DNA from: Catajapyx aquilonaris
Taxonomy: Eukaryota
Length of the DNA stretch: 64,000 nt
Direction: 5' to 3'
NCBI GenBank assembly: GCA_000934665.2
Contig: KZ537988.1
Span: 62,001-126,000, forward strand
Shown in pieces: positions 29,753 to 41,938 of this stretch; positions within the stretch are counted from its first letter, which is position 1, and each line of letters opens with the position of its first letter. A model generated the notes under the pieces. The model ran no database searches. It saw nothing but the letters and a program-made list of their open reading frames with translations, and was not told the DNA's origin. Both the position numbers and the translations under genes were made by a program.

Positions 29753-29920
29753 GTGGGTGGCACAGTGGCATGGTAGTTAGTCCCACAGACATCCACCTTT
29801 GAGGTCCCACATTCCATCCCTGGACTAGAGAGAGGAATTTCCCATGCAAAATGAGTTTTGATGTGTTCTCTACATGTACATGTGGGTTTCCTCAAGGTTC
29901 TCCCATTTCCTCCCACAATC
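29753..29920 (+). mobile_element. degenerate tRNA-derived SINE (V-domain-like family)
   Basis: Head GGTGGCACAGTGGCATGGTAGTTAG...GAGGTCCC; core GTGTTCTCTACATGTACATGTGGGTTTCCTCAAGGTTCTCCCATTTCCTCCCACA. Confidence 0.65.
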
Positions 29921-30194
29921 AATGTGACAACACCTAATCAACAGAGTTTCATCCATATCTGCAGAATGGCACATGCCTCATGTTGTACAGTAATGACTAC
30001 ATTGGAGATGTCTAACAAAATATTACATTATGCTTACCCAGCCTTACATTAACAACGTAAGAGCCGCAGCCAAGGATTAGGTACATTGTGGGTTTGATAT
30101 CCATCACTTCCCCAATGCCACATTTAAAACTGAATTATACAAAATAGGTACACATTATAGATAGAATCCTCCTGGAGCTGAATTCACTGGCATT

Positions 30195-30657
30195 GGCACT
30201 GGTCAACCTCTCCAGGCCCTCCAGGAACCACTTTTTGGTGGTGCGGCGCACCGACTCCTGGACAACTCTTCACAGTCAACAATGTCCTCGAAATGGCATC
30301 GGCGAAGAGACTTTTTAAATATATTCGAATAGATGAAAGTCACTGGCCAGGGGGAAAGGCCAGGGGAGTCCAGTGGGTGTGGAAGCACTCAAAGCAAGAT
30401 CCATGAAAAAATCCCTTCGCCGACGCCATATTAAGGACATTGTTGATAGTTGCTTACTGTGAGCATTTGTCTGGCAGTAGGTGCATTGCACCTCCAAAAA
30501 GTGGTGCCTGGGGGGCTGTAGAGGTTGCCACACCCATGACTCCTGTACATTCGGCTCCGGGAGGGTTCTGTCGATAGTGTGTGCCTATTTGCCGACATGA
30601 ATGGGCCCTGTATTTTCGGCAAAAAATAAATCGTAAATCATTTTGGAACGGCCCTCG
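30195..30657 (-). mobile_element. decayed mariner remnant
   Basis: One TIR end TA|CGAGGGCCGTTCCAAAATGATTT at 30657 (minus strand). Frameshifted transposase remnant LPHPLDSPGLSP / SDFHLFEYI resembles the HPPYSPDLAPxDFHLF motif. The other end was not found. Confidence 0.75.
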
Positions 30658-32442
30658 TACTTTTGATAGCAAATGTATCCACAAATTCATAATCTCTTAT
30701 CTAAAACCCACCAAAACCCTTCTAATAGGACAGTTTTCAGAACTCAAGTGAACGTGTACAATATTTTGCCAGGAAATAATTCTCTCTCTCGGGAACACTT
30801 TCCTTGAACATCCTTCCTATTTGTGCAAGTTGGCATGAAGAGGAAGCAGATGGATCAACCTCAAAGAACAATCCTGGCTGAGGGCATGAAAGTGAAAGTA
30901 CTGGTTTGGTACCAAGTTCAATCTCACAATGACCAAATAATTTGGGGAGTCCAACAAGATTTGGAGCAGGATGTCACAATATGTTCCTTGGATCTTTTAA
31001 ATGCTGCCTGGCAGGACATTCACACACTCTGTGCCAATAGGAACTAACACTCAACACTTTAGGTGAATGCCCTCGGACTGGCATCATGACAAAGTTGCAT
31101 TTTGTGATTACCTTTGCACAATTACTGGTTGCATTGCAGGAGTTGGCATCCTCTCTAGACATTGCCAACAAAGGCAACCGAGGAAAGCTGAAGGACCTGG
31201 AATTGCAGTTTCTCCTCTAAATACTGTGGTGTGCCAGGCTATTTTTAAAATGTATTAAGTCTGTGCCAACTGAAGCAATATTTGGCAACAGTTCGGGTTG
31301 TAGTTACTGATTTCACAGATCTGCTGTGATATACCATCCTGTCCTTCATATAATCTTATGGTATTTACATCATCGTAACATTGTCACATTGTAAATTGTA
31401 AATTTATCCAAGCCAACTTTGGCTCGGATTAATTTTCAACAATACTTCACAATTTCAGGTATCAAATACATAATTAACAAATATTAAATATTATAATTAC
31501 CAAGTATTTCACTGACTCTACTGCATGGCAGTTTAAACTTGGCACCAGCCATAACGTCTGAGGGGCTGAGATACCTGAACCCTCCCCTTCCCCTACTGAT
31601 GATTACAAGAAAATGGTTGCAAGACATGTCTGCATTGGAATGCATGCAAAATGTGCCACTTTCAAGAGCTGAAATGGCCCAAGGAAGAAGAGGCAAAATA
31701 GCCACAATGATGATAAGAAAGGAGACGTTTGTTGCTTTTCCCCTCCAAAAAAATCATCCTCGGTGTAGCACAATTTTGTAGTGTTTGGTGTCATGCGCAG
31801 CCCATGCCAAGGCTACTCCACATTTTACTTGCAGCAATTTCTTTATTTTGTGGGAAGAAAAAATCATTCCAAGAAGAGGTTTTTAATATGGCATCCCATC
31901 CCCTCATTAAAATCATACAAGACAGTAACTAAGAAATGCATCCCTAGGCTGGAGTCTTGGAATGAACTTCTTAGTTACTTAGCACAAGTGGAGACACTTG
32001 CGTCTCGCACACTATTCTCTTTTGCAGGCAGGTGGATTCAGATAAAAAAATCAACTTGAACTGCATGGGAATGACATGTTGTTTGTGTTGCAACACCCAT
32101 GTTCATATCATGCATTCTGTTAAAGCACTTTTGCACTCTTTGGAAATGCTGACAGGAAGACAAAGGCTAAAGCTCACGTATACAGCAGTTACAGCTTTTG
32201 CAGCTAAATGACTAGAACAAGGAAAGCGCATTTATATCACAAATTTAATCATAAAATAAACCTTCCTGCGTTATGGATATGATCACCAGCAATTGGCATG
32301 AGATGAAGACTCGCAACGACTCTCATGCCACTGGTTCCAATTAAAATTATCAGGTGTTCAAGATGAATAAATGCATGGTGCAAGGACCACACTTTTGGCA
32401 CACAGTTGAACGGCATTGTATTGTGGGAAAGATGGAATATGA

Positions 32443-35400
32443 CTACCTGTATCCATCATCCCTGAGAACATATGCAGCTCCTCTGCTGTCTAAACACAAC
32501 TGGACTGTGGCAACAACTTTCAACAGTCGGCGATCTACAGCCTGCAAATGGTCCGAGGTCAGGACTGGGGATATTGGGTCATGTTCTAAGAGAGCCTTAA
32601 GAGACTGACTCAAGGCTCCTCCTGTCATTATAAGGAGCCGATCCCACAGTGAGCGTCGAATCCTGTTTAAAAGGGAGAGTAAGATAAATACTACAACTAC
32701 CAACATGCATACAGTTGCAATGTGTTAAGTCACTGGAAATCTTCTTTTACATGGACTCATTCCACATGTTATGCCTCTGCAAATTACCATAACTATAAGA
32801 TACCAATGCTTATGCAATAAAATTCAAACCAATTAGAAATCTTCATAAAACTCAATTATACTGGGTGGTCCACCAAGCCCAGTTGTAAACTGGATACGTA
32901 AGTCTTGATACTCTCACTGAATGCCGACTAAATGTCAACAGTTACAAATGGTAACAGTGTAAAGTTTCATTGAGAATCCTGGGTAAATATGAATGCAGGC
33001 AATGAATAAATATCAAGATCACTTACATGCAACATTGGTATAGAGGAGCCAGAATGTCCAGATGGTCTTCATATGGAGTACCAAAGCTGTAGAAAACCCA
33101 GAATAAGTTGTAATAATATCAATTTAAACCTGTTACTAAAAAATAAAATTTGTTCAGTCAAGTATCAAACAATCCAAAGGTTTTCAGGTATGTGACGATG
33201 TGAAGAGGAAATAATGGCACTCTGCACTTAGGTAGTGAAGCAGTCAACCATGTATAACACTCAATTTCCTTAAAGTGCCTTGAATGTCCTGGATGAAAAA
33301 TATGTAAATGGCATACTGATAAAAAGTTTTCTTAAATGTTGAAACTAATGTTTCCACACAACAGAGAAGTGGAAGAGTAAAACACAATAATCCTCACCCT
33401 TTTCCATTGTCCAACAAAACCACAATGGAATTAGAGGTATTGGCCATGACCTCATAATGATGTCTATCGCCATTGTCCAGCAAGAAGTCGAAAACTGCTG
33501 TGCTGACCAAATCCAGCAACCTGGGGCTGCTCTCTGGGTAATACAGCCTGGTCCGTTGCAGGTATGTGCAGTAGTTTGGGTCTGTCTCCCATCTAAAATA
33601 GGAGCCACAAGTACTTAGATTGTAGACATAGGTTGCACAGAACATACGCAAAACATCTGGTTGGTGGGGAGTGTACGTTTAACTCCGAAACCATCTGCCT
33701 AGTTGAAAGACCTCACCTGGCTAAAATACCATCCTTATATGTTCTCTGCCATGGACTCCTGTATTTCTTAAGCTTCACACTGGGAGGCAAAAACAAGACC
33801 AACGCTCCTTCCAGTTCATCTTTGTTGGCACACACTGGCTCTTCTGCTTTGCAATAGTAGCACACTCCATACAAGCAAGTATTATTACCTGTAAGGAGGA
33901 TTAGTGCATTTTAGGTTGTTCTTTCTCTTTTAGGTTTTTCTTTCTCACAATCATCATTATATCTTTAGGGCCAGTTATAGCATGTCAGATACTTTGATGA
34001 ATATACAGAGTTTCATGATTCACCGGATAAACTTTTAGGGTGAACAACTGAGAGCTGGTGGATTGCTTTATGTCGAGGTGTTGTTTGGTCTCTGAAGCCT
34101 AGTTACTGAGAGAGTGGAATATTTATCATGTAGTATATCTTGAAAGGTTTGCATTTGATCACACATGGGAATCTGTGACCTTTTCCAGTCACTGGCACAA
34201 GTGATGCACTCTGCGGCATAAATAACGGGTATTTTAATGTAAGTATGCATTATACTGTAGGTTAATCTCATAGGCTATGCCTGCTTGCATAACAGCATAT
34301 AAATTTTTATAATTGCAGCCTCAAGTGTTACGTACGATCCTGCATGACGTGCAGGATAGTTTTTACCATTTTCCACCTTCATTTTGTATGATCATTTTTC
34401 ATATGGTTCAACATTAACGGTTGTGTCTGGTGTTTCCCTCTGATCAGGAGCATGCGAAACTTTTCCACTGCCAATTTTGTGGTGTGAATTTGTGCTGCAT
34501 GGAAACTTTAATCAGAAAGAAGTAGCCATTTTCCCTGCAGCAGGCATGGGTCAATAATAAATTTGTGGGTGAAGCATACAGCACTACTTCCACTTGGCAG
34601 TATTTTTTTCTTACTATAGATCGGTCACTATATGAACGCTACTGAGAGGCCAATTTTATTACAGGAAGGAATACAGTTTGTAATAAAATTCCTGTATTAA
34701 AATTGGCCACTGGGTTGCATTCGTATAGTGATCGATCTATAGCTGTAAGTACGGTGGCCTCGATGGGATAGTGGGAGTTGGTGTGGTGGATGGGTGTGGA
34801 CCATTCATCAGAGCATATGAGCAAAAACATTCTGACACTGGCAAAAGGCAGCATATAATCCAGTGGTTCTTAACCCTTTCGGGCCTCTGCACCCCTTAGA
34901 GACAGTTGGTCCTTGTCGCACTCCCTATTAAACCAGAGTTCGATCCCCGGGTCGGATGGAGGATACTTATGTGGATAGAGTTTCAATGGGTTCTCTCCAT
35001 GTTCGCGTGGGTTTTCGCGGGGTTCTCCCGTTTCCTCCCACAATAAAAATCCATCACAGCAGAGGCAATGATTAAAGTCGGTATTTATTAAAAGATGATC
35101 CCATAAGACGCCCAAGGAGGCCTATCATGGGGTATCCATTATTATTAAACCAGGGGTGATTGATTAAGTTCGTAGTTAGAGGTACACCTTGCTCGCCAGA
35201 TCGCGGCATTGAAGTTATGGTAGCAACCCATGAAAATCATGGTATTTGTTGAAAACCGTGTATTTAATGACAAGTAATGAAATTGGAAATACGAGGGGCG
35301 GTCATAAAGTTCTTACAATCACCACGAAAGACTGCGGACAGCGGCGAATTTTCGCTGCTGGGGCGTAAGCACGTTACTCTAATATGCGCAGGCGCAGAGA

Positions 35401-38400
35401 ATCGCACTCTGTAGTTTTCTAGCCTACCGCCAGAGCAGGGAATTCAAGATGGCGCATGCCGCAGGAAAAGTCGAGCTGCGTGGTGTGATTATATTTTTAT
35501 TTTTGAAAGGGAAGAATGCCAAAGAAATCTATGCAGAGTTGGTGGATGTGTACGGGGACAATGCCCTATCCTATGAGACAGTCGCCAAGTGGCAGTGACG
35601 TTTCAATAGTGGCCAGACAAGCCTGGAAGACGACACCTGCAGTGGGCATCCCTCCGTCAGTGACGAGTCACAAATCGAGGCCCTGGTCATGGAAGACTGC
35701 CGCATCACAGTCGAACAGATCATGCACGAAGTCAAGATAAGCTACGGCACCATTTGCAACATCCTTCATGAGGTCCTGCACATGTTAAAGGTCTCCGCAC
35801 AGTGGGTGCCACGACTCCTCACGCAGGCTCATTTGACGTGGCTCATTTGACGCAGAAGACTGTGATGCTTTCGGGCAGTCTTGGGTATGAAATACTGACT
35901 CATCCACCCAACTCAGCCGACCTAGCGCCTAGTGACTTCTTCCTCTTCCCATGGCTGAAGAATCCGCTGCGTGGACGCCACTTCCAGAACGATGGGGAGG
36001 TCATCAATGCGGTGGAACAGTTCCTCAGCAGCCAAATGAAGGCTTCTTCAACGAAGGTCTCCGACGGGTCATCCATCAATGGGAGAAGTGTGTTACCTTG
36101 CATGGCGCATATGTGGAAAAGGACCTACCACACAATAGCTGCACTAGCCCGTGACTCTCTTCTTTCTAGGTGATTGTAAGAACTTTATGACCGCCCCTCG
36201 TAAATACCCTTCCATGAAATAGTAATAGTTGAACATGTCGCAAAGGGCAGGGAGCAAGCCCGCTGCAGGGGAAATTTTTTGGTGGAGGGGTTCAAGGGCA
36301 CACATTTGTGGTAAATGTAACTGACTGGGAGATTTGAATGGGTGTGTATTTGACAGGGTTATGAACCGAACCCTTGCTCCGTGAACCTGATAACATAGGA
36401 GCCACTCCGGAGCAAGGATAGGAGCTTGGTTTGGTTTGAGCCGATTCGGGGGGTGAGTGGAGCCAAGGTCGGAGCTGGTCCGGCGTTTGGTTCGGAGCGG
36501 TTCAGAGCTTGGTTAGGTCCAACATACCAATGCAACAGGGGGAAAGGCAGAAAAACCGCTGGATTTACTCCAGTGTATGCATCATGTTTTCATGGTGGCA
36601 GAATGACATTTCCAAGCACCCGTGATACAGGGTGTACAGCAAATGTCACATTTTTATGTCATACGCATTTTTGTACGTTACAATATTGTACTGTAACATA
36701 CAAAAATGCGTATGACATAAAATGTGACATCCAAAAAATGGGTATGACATATTGTAACATACAAAAATGTGTATGACATAAAAATACACTGTGTATCGTG
36801 GGTGCTTGGAAATGTCATTCTGCCACCATGAAAACATGGCGCATACGCTGGAGTAAATCCAGCGGTTTTTCTGCCTTTCCCCTCTGTTGCGTTGGTATGT
36901 TGGACCTAACCAAGCTCTGAACCGCTCTGAACCTCCCTCCGAAACTGGGTTCAACTCCGGAGGCGTTGGCCCGAACCAAACGCCGGACCAAGCTGGCAAG
37001 CTCCCAACCAAACTCTGGACCCGCTCTGACCTTGGCTCCACTCTCCCCCCGAACTGGCTCGAACAAGCTCCGACGCTCGCTCCAGACCCGGCTCTTCTGC
37101 TACAGAGCGGCTCCGATGTTATCGGGTTCATGGAGCAAGGGTTCGGTTCACAACCCTGGTATTTGATGAAATTGGTAGCACTATTTCCATGGAAGTGGAT
37201 TTATAGAGTAACATTGGACTTGACGAAATGATGGTATTTTTTGTGTACCATTATGATAAATGGTACGGACCTGGAAATTATGGTATGAATATCATAATTA
37301 TGGTACATATGGAACCATGGTAGCTCAGTGGTTAGAGCACCCGATTGGCAGTGAGTGGTACATATGGAACCCCTGTATGCACCCCCAGGGGAGTCACCTC
37401 GCACCTCCTTGGGGTGCAAGCACCCCAGGTTAAGAACCGCTGATATAATCTTTCATATACTGGTATTGAAGCAACAAAAGTTACTCATTATCAGGATAGC
37501 ATTTATTATGCCCATCTAATAAGCATAAAAAACTCTTGTTTCAAAACATTGTGCTTTTTTTTTTTTTTGCAATAAACTTCATCCTCACCTTCTTGGAAGA
37601 AAGTTGCAAGCAATTCTGGAGAAGCTACTGAAATAACCTCCTGACTGAGGTAGAGCTTCCTCCCTGTCACCACAGGAGTGGACTGAAGACCCAAAATCCT
37701 GCTTAACTGAAATGCCGCCACTTCTGCATTGTGCCGATCCTTCCCTGCATACACAGGTCCTCTTATCACCTCCTCTCGAGAGTACCTGGAAACCGAGTGT
37801 TATACAAAGCACCAGAGGAGCAGCTTCAGAAACTAACCATTTGGGCTTGAAGAGGGCCTTTTGCCCACCATCCAATGTCACCTGCAACTTTAGCTGGGTT
37901 CCTCTAGGACTGCTTTCAACTTGGAGGATCCTAGCGGTGCTGGCAAACTTCATCACACTCCCCAATTCTCGTGCTTTCTGTGGAACAATCTGTCTTGTGG
38001 TGATCCACTGCAGGGGAAAATAGCAGAGGTGTTGGTAACACATTCAAGTAACCTCTTATTTTGCATGCACCACAATCTGAGCCGACCTTTGTGGCAACCC
38101 TCCATAGATTCCTGCCTAAAGGTTGTATCACTTTTAAGTCATCCATGAGGTCTGACAGTACTTCCTTGTACTCATTCCTGAGGGCATAGTAACTAGCGTT
38201 CAGCAACTTGAGCTTGTGGAGAATATTTTCCGCCGCCTCGTTGCTTGCCTGCCTTGTTTTTGGGCTTTGAGACTTGGCTCCTGTCACCTGCTTCTGACTG
38301 GGAGACTTCTTTCTGGGTGCCTTTGGTTCCTGATGGCAAAGGATGATTCTGTATTAGGTATACGTAAGGCAAGACACACACACACGTAGGATACAGAGAT

Positions 38401-38894
38401 ACAATGGAAATGCTACCAATGTACGATACACCTAGAGCTACACAAACACACCACTCTGCTGGCATGCATTACAAGATGTGCCACACACATTTGCCCCCCC
38501 CTAGGCTTACGCCATGTGGTGCACTTGCGCTGCGCTTGGGTGTCTTCCCCACACCACCACCACCTCCTGCCTTCTCGACCTCCTCCTCCTCCTCCTGGGC
38601 CACCACTGAGCCCCCCTTACTCCTTCTCTTCCTCTTCACGACCCCCCCACTGACTGGAGGTGGTCCTCCTCCTTCCACCACCTTGGTCCTACTCACAAAC
38701 ACTGGTCCTCCTCCTCCTCCGCCGCTCTCCTCCCCTCCGTCCTGCTGTCCTGCAGCCCTCTCCTGCTGCTGTGGCCCTGCTCTGGAGGAGTTCTCCTTGA
38801 CCACCATGTAGATGAAGTATGTGTTGAGCACCAGGATGACTACCAGCAGGCCCGTCAGGCAGAGGATTATGCTTCTCCGTCGGACCACCATCAT
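32443..38894 (-). CDS. FAM20B: glycosaminoglycan xylosylkinase FAM20B-like Golgi kinase, ~546 aa; exons 38894-38511, 38329-38087, 38007-37838, 37785-37589, 33888-33717, 33592-33398, 33086-33027, 32662-32443
   Basis: N-terminal signal anchor. Motifs RGTQLKL..ALFKPKW, YAGKDRHNAEVAAF, GNNTCLYGVCYYC, SPWQRTY, FDFLLDNGDRHHYE, ILAPLYQCC, HDPISPVL..HLQAVDRRL. All GT-AG phases are consistent. Confidence 0.93.
34937..35142 (+). mobile_element. 5'-truncated tRNA-derived SINE with V-domain-like core
   Basis: Starts at the B box (AGTTCGATCCCC) and ends in an (ATT)n tail. 11-bp direct repeat TATTAAACCAG at 34926-34936 and 35143-35153. Confidence 0.82.
35292..36200 (+). mobile_element. internally deleted mariner element with pseudogenised transposase
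   Basis: Perfect 32-bp TIRs CGAGGGGCGGTCATAAAGTTCTTACAATCACC and TA TSDs. Transposase from ATG 35449 has an in-frame stop and WVPRLL, then a deletion, HPPNSADLAPSDFFLF, and a frameshift to WEKCV..GAYVEK. Confidence 0.95.
36354..37158. mobile_element. foldback-like hAT MITE with long imperfect inverted arms
   Basis: Ends CAGGGTTATGAACCGAACCCTTGCTCC and GGAGCAAGGGTTCGGTTCACAACCCTG. 8-bp TSD GTATTTGA at 36346-36353 and 37159-37166. The arms stay complementary almost to the centre. Confidence 0.9.
37317..37355 (+). mobile_element. tailless insertion of a tRNA/SINE 5' half
   Basis: ATGGTAGCTCAGTGGTTAGAGCACCCGATTGGCAGTGAG, flanked by a 16-bp direct repeat TGGTACATATGGAACC (37301-37316 and 37356-37371). 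Confidence 0.75.
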
Positions 38895-39249
38895 CCTCCT
38901 CTTCTCTCTCCCTTCCCTCGACGGGATCTACGCTGCAGTGCACCCACGGGGCCACTGCTCCCTCTCACCAGCAGTCGGCCGTGCGGGTGGCCAGTAGCCG
39001 ACTGTGCAGACCATCCATCTGTGCAGCCATCTGTGCAGCCCCGCATGGACTGGACGCCGCCATCGTGGTCGGGATGGACCCGCGACCCCACGGCAAGGTG
39101 CATGAAAGGCCCTTGCTCCATGCAATTCGCCTACCACACAGGCGTTGAGATGCCGCGACAACCTGCTTCACATCCACCTTGCAGGAACGCCATAAACAGC
39201 ATAGCGGCTTGTTTGGCGGGAGGTCAAGTGTGTAGCCGCTACCCGCCCC

Positions 39250-39813
39250 CACAATCCCTCGAGGGCAATAATTATGTTCTCGATTGTATGGGGATAATCG
39301 CTACAGTTATGCCTCGCCCTGAACGCCCTCCCAACAGGAACACGACCAGGGATGAATACTCGACCCGCCGATTCAGGACCATGAGTGGCATTTTCAGCAG
39401 CAGCCCGCGGAAACTAATATTTCCTTCGCTGCTACAAGCAAATAGAGCTGTTTTCCAGTGATCAATGCTGCCGGTTATTTTGTGCAGTTGCCAGATCAAG
39501 GCCATTTCTCTCTTCCTCCCTGTTTATTACTTAAACACGATTTTTGCATGTAGTTATGAGCATTGCAAACCTATCCGACTGTGTGCAATAATAATGACTA
39601 CTTACTTTTTTAAACTTTGGATTAAAGAGTACCTCCCTCCTTTGAGCACAGCACATTGGCCGCCCTGTTTCTAGAAGAGTCGAGAAGCGTCTGGATTCCT
39701 CTCACTCTCATCTCTCAGTCGTCCAGCCGTGTGCGGTGGTCATCCGGGGAGTGTTGCTAATCGACTCCTGCTGCTGTAGAGAGGACTGGGTTCTGGTCGT
39801 TTGCGTCGGGAGG
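39250..39813. promoter_or_regulatory. probable bidirectional promoter FAM20B/CACYBP
   Basis: Divergent ATGs about 920 bp apart in a CpG-rich island. A probable short FAM20B 5'UTR intron has its donor near 39242. Confidence 0.55.
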
Positions 39814-40982
39814 ATGGCTTCAGGAAACATCGCGGATGTGAGTGGGAGATGATCAAAATGCTGCACGTGGGAGGAGGGGAGCTCACCATGCATGATCCTG
39901 CAACTCATCTTGCAGAGGCCTTGGATCACGCACGGAGGATTAAATGTTATTAGTAGTTGGTGGAGGTTGTGCAAAGATCAAAGCCATTTACGGTACTTGG
40001 CATGTTGGGAGTTACAGGACAGAAAAGAGTTTATGATGTGAATTTATGATACCTTTCATCATGCGTTTTTTGGTAACTTATGCAGATTGCATTTCAGTTG
40101 ACAGCTGATCTGGAAGAGCTACAGCGTCTTTCAGACCAGGCGACTCGTCCGAGGCTGAAGGACATGCTCGGTCTGGAGGTGCGCAAGCTGCAGACCCAGA
40201 TTGCTACTTTGACCGAGTCTCAGAGTGGCAGTGCCAAGCCTGAGTCTAAACCGGCTGCTGCAGCGCAAGCCAGATGTTACGACGTGAAGCTCACCAACTA
40301 TGGTAGGATCCTGCATGCGTTGAAGGATTGAACTGGAGCTTATTCCTGTGCATTTCTTATTTCAGCCTGGGACCAGTCGGATAAGTTTGTCAAGATATTT
40401 GTGAGCCTCAAGGGAGTCCAGGGTATTCCTGCTGAGAACATCTCGTGCAACTTTACCGAAAGAATGATGGTTCTGACTGTGAAGCAGTTAGATAATCGAA
40501 ACTACCAGCTGACCATAAGAAACTTACTGGAACCAGTTGATCCAAGCAGCAGCAGCTGGAAGGTCAAATCAGGTGAGCATAGAAGGCATGGATTTCCACC
40601 TGTATACTGGATAGAATTTTCAAAGGGGAATGAATGCCTGCAGTATCAACATTGTTCGAAACCATGACCATGGGTATCTCACCACTAAAATTTAACAATA
40701 ACTGGAACTTGGAATGGTACTAATGTGTTGCTCTTTACAGACATGGTTGTGGTGATGCTTAGCAAGACAAAGGCGACCAAGTGGCAGTGGGTGACCAAGG
40801 ATGAGCAAAAGGCCAAGGAAGTCAAGACTCCCAAGATGGACCCAGATGAGGATCCTGAGAAGGGTCTTATGAAGCTGATGAAGCAGATGTACGATGAAGG
40901 AGATGATGAGATGAAGCGGACCATGACAAAGGCTTGGATGGAGAGCAGGGACAAAACTGGCGCAAGCCTCCCAGGATTCTAA
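39814..40982 (+). CDS. CACYBP: calcyclin-binding protein / Siah-interacting protein, ~225 aa; exons 39814-39837, 40098-40302, 40366-40572, 40741-40982
   Basis: DLEELQRL..ATRPRLKDML, CS domain YAWDQSDKFVKIFV, and SGS-like DPEKGLMKLMKQMYDEGDDEMKRTMTKAWMES. AATAAA at 41252. Confidence 0.95.
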
Positions 40983-41938
40983 AGGACACAAATGAGAGGA
41001 AGTTCACATTCGGAGGTGATTGATGAGGTGCTTTCAGGGAATAGTACATACATTTTGTAAGGTAAATCATGTCTACATAGAGTCCTCTAATATTATGGGC
41101 ATTGCCACGTTCCAGTATTACTAAGCCTTGTGGCACCTCACCTACTCATTGCACACCATAAAAACTGCATAACACCCCTGTCATATGTCGTGAACCGTGG
41201 AAGCATTGGTTGGTACCACATGATTTATAACTTGCCTAATGTAATGATATGAATAAAACTTGAGGTGTTGTCATGCAGAGGGTGTTTGGAGTGAGGGAGG
41301 GAAAGAGAACACGAGTAATCATATTGGCACCTTTTACTTCAGGTATTACAAAAGGAGAAAACATCACAACCTTTGACATAACAGCTACTGTTGCATGAAC
41401 TTCATCAAGTAGACAATTTCAGGAAATTCTAGACAGTAAAACCCACAAGACTAAAATAACTGTTGGACTTTGAACAGAATATCACTCTACCACTGGCACA
41501 GCCTCTTTCACCACGCATTACTTCATCCCTGAGAAACTAAAATAAGTAGAGGGCAGCACCAGTACTGATTCAAATCATCTGATATTGACACTGCCAATAA
41601 AAGTACAAAAAGTTTAGTAATTATCTTGGTAATGGATTGTAAGTTTTCTTTTTTTTTTNCCCATATGAAATTCAGAGTTTGGACAGGACAACTTGTAAAC
41701 CCTTGACAGCTGTAAAGAGACAGAAATGTGCTGCCCATTCTGGTCCCAACAAATCTTAACAATATAAAACGTAAGGTGGTATGGATGTCACAAGTTCCCC
41801 TCTCAGAAAAAGTGTTTCAATGCAAGCAAAAGCAATACTTGCAACACACCATGCTTGGAACACTTTAGATGAATAAGTTTATCCTAGTCGATTGTCAGGC
41901 ATGCAATTTGTGTCAACATTACAAATGTTTTCGCTCCA

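Larger units (their letters stand above)
34861..37442. mobile_element. non-autonomous hAT element hosting four nested insertions
   Basis: TIRs CAGTGGTTCTTAACC (34861) and GGTTAAGAACCGCTG (37428-37442). Identical 8-bp TSD ATATAATC at 34853-34860 and 37443-37450. Confidence 0.88.

Noticed and set aside
38330..38348. Alternative upstream acceptor for FAM20B exon 2 (atacag|AATCATC)
   Set aside because: It gives a frame that stops at 38193. The acceptor at 38330/38329 keeps the kinase frame.
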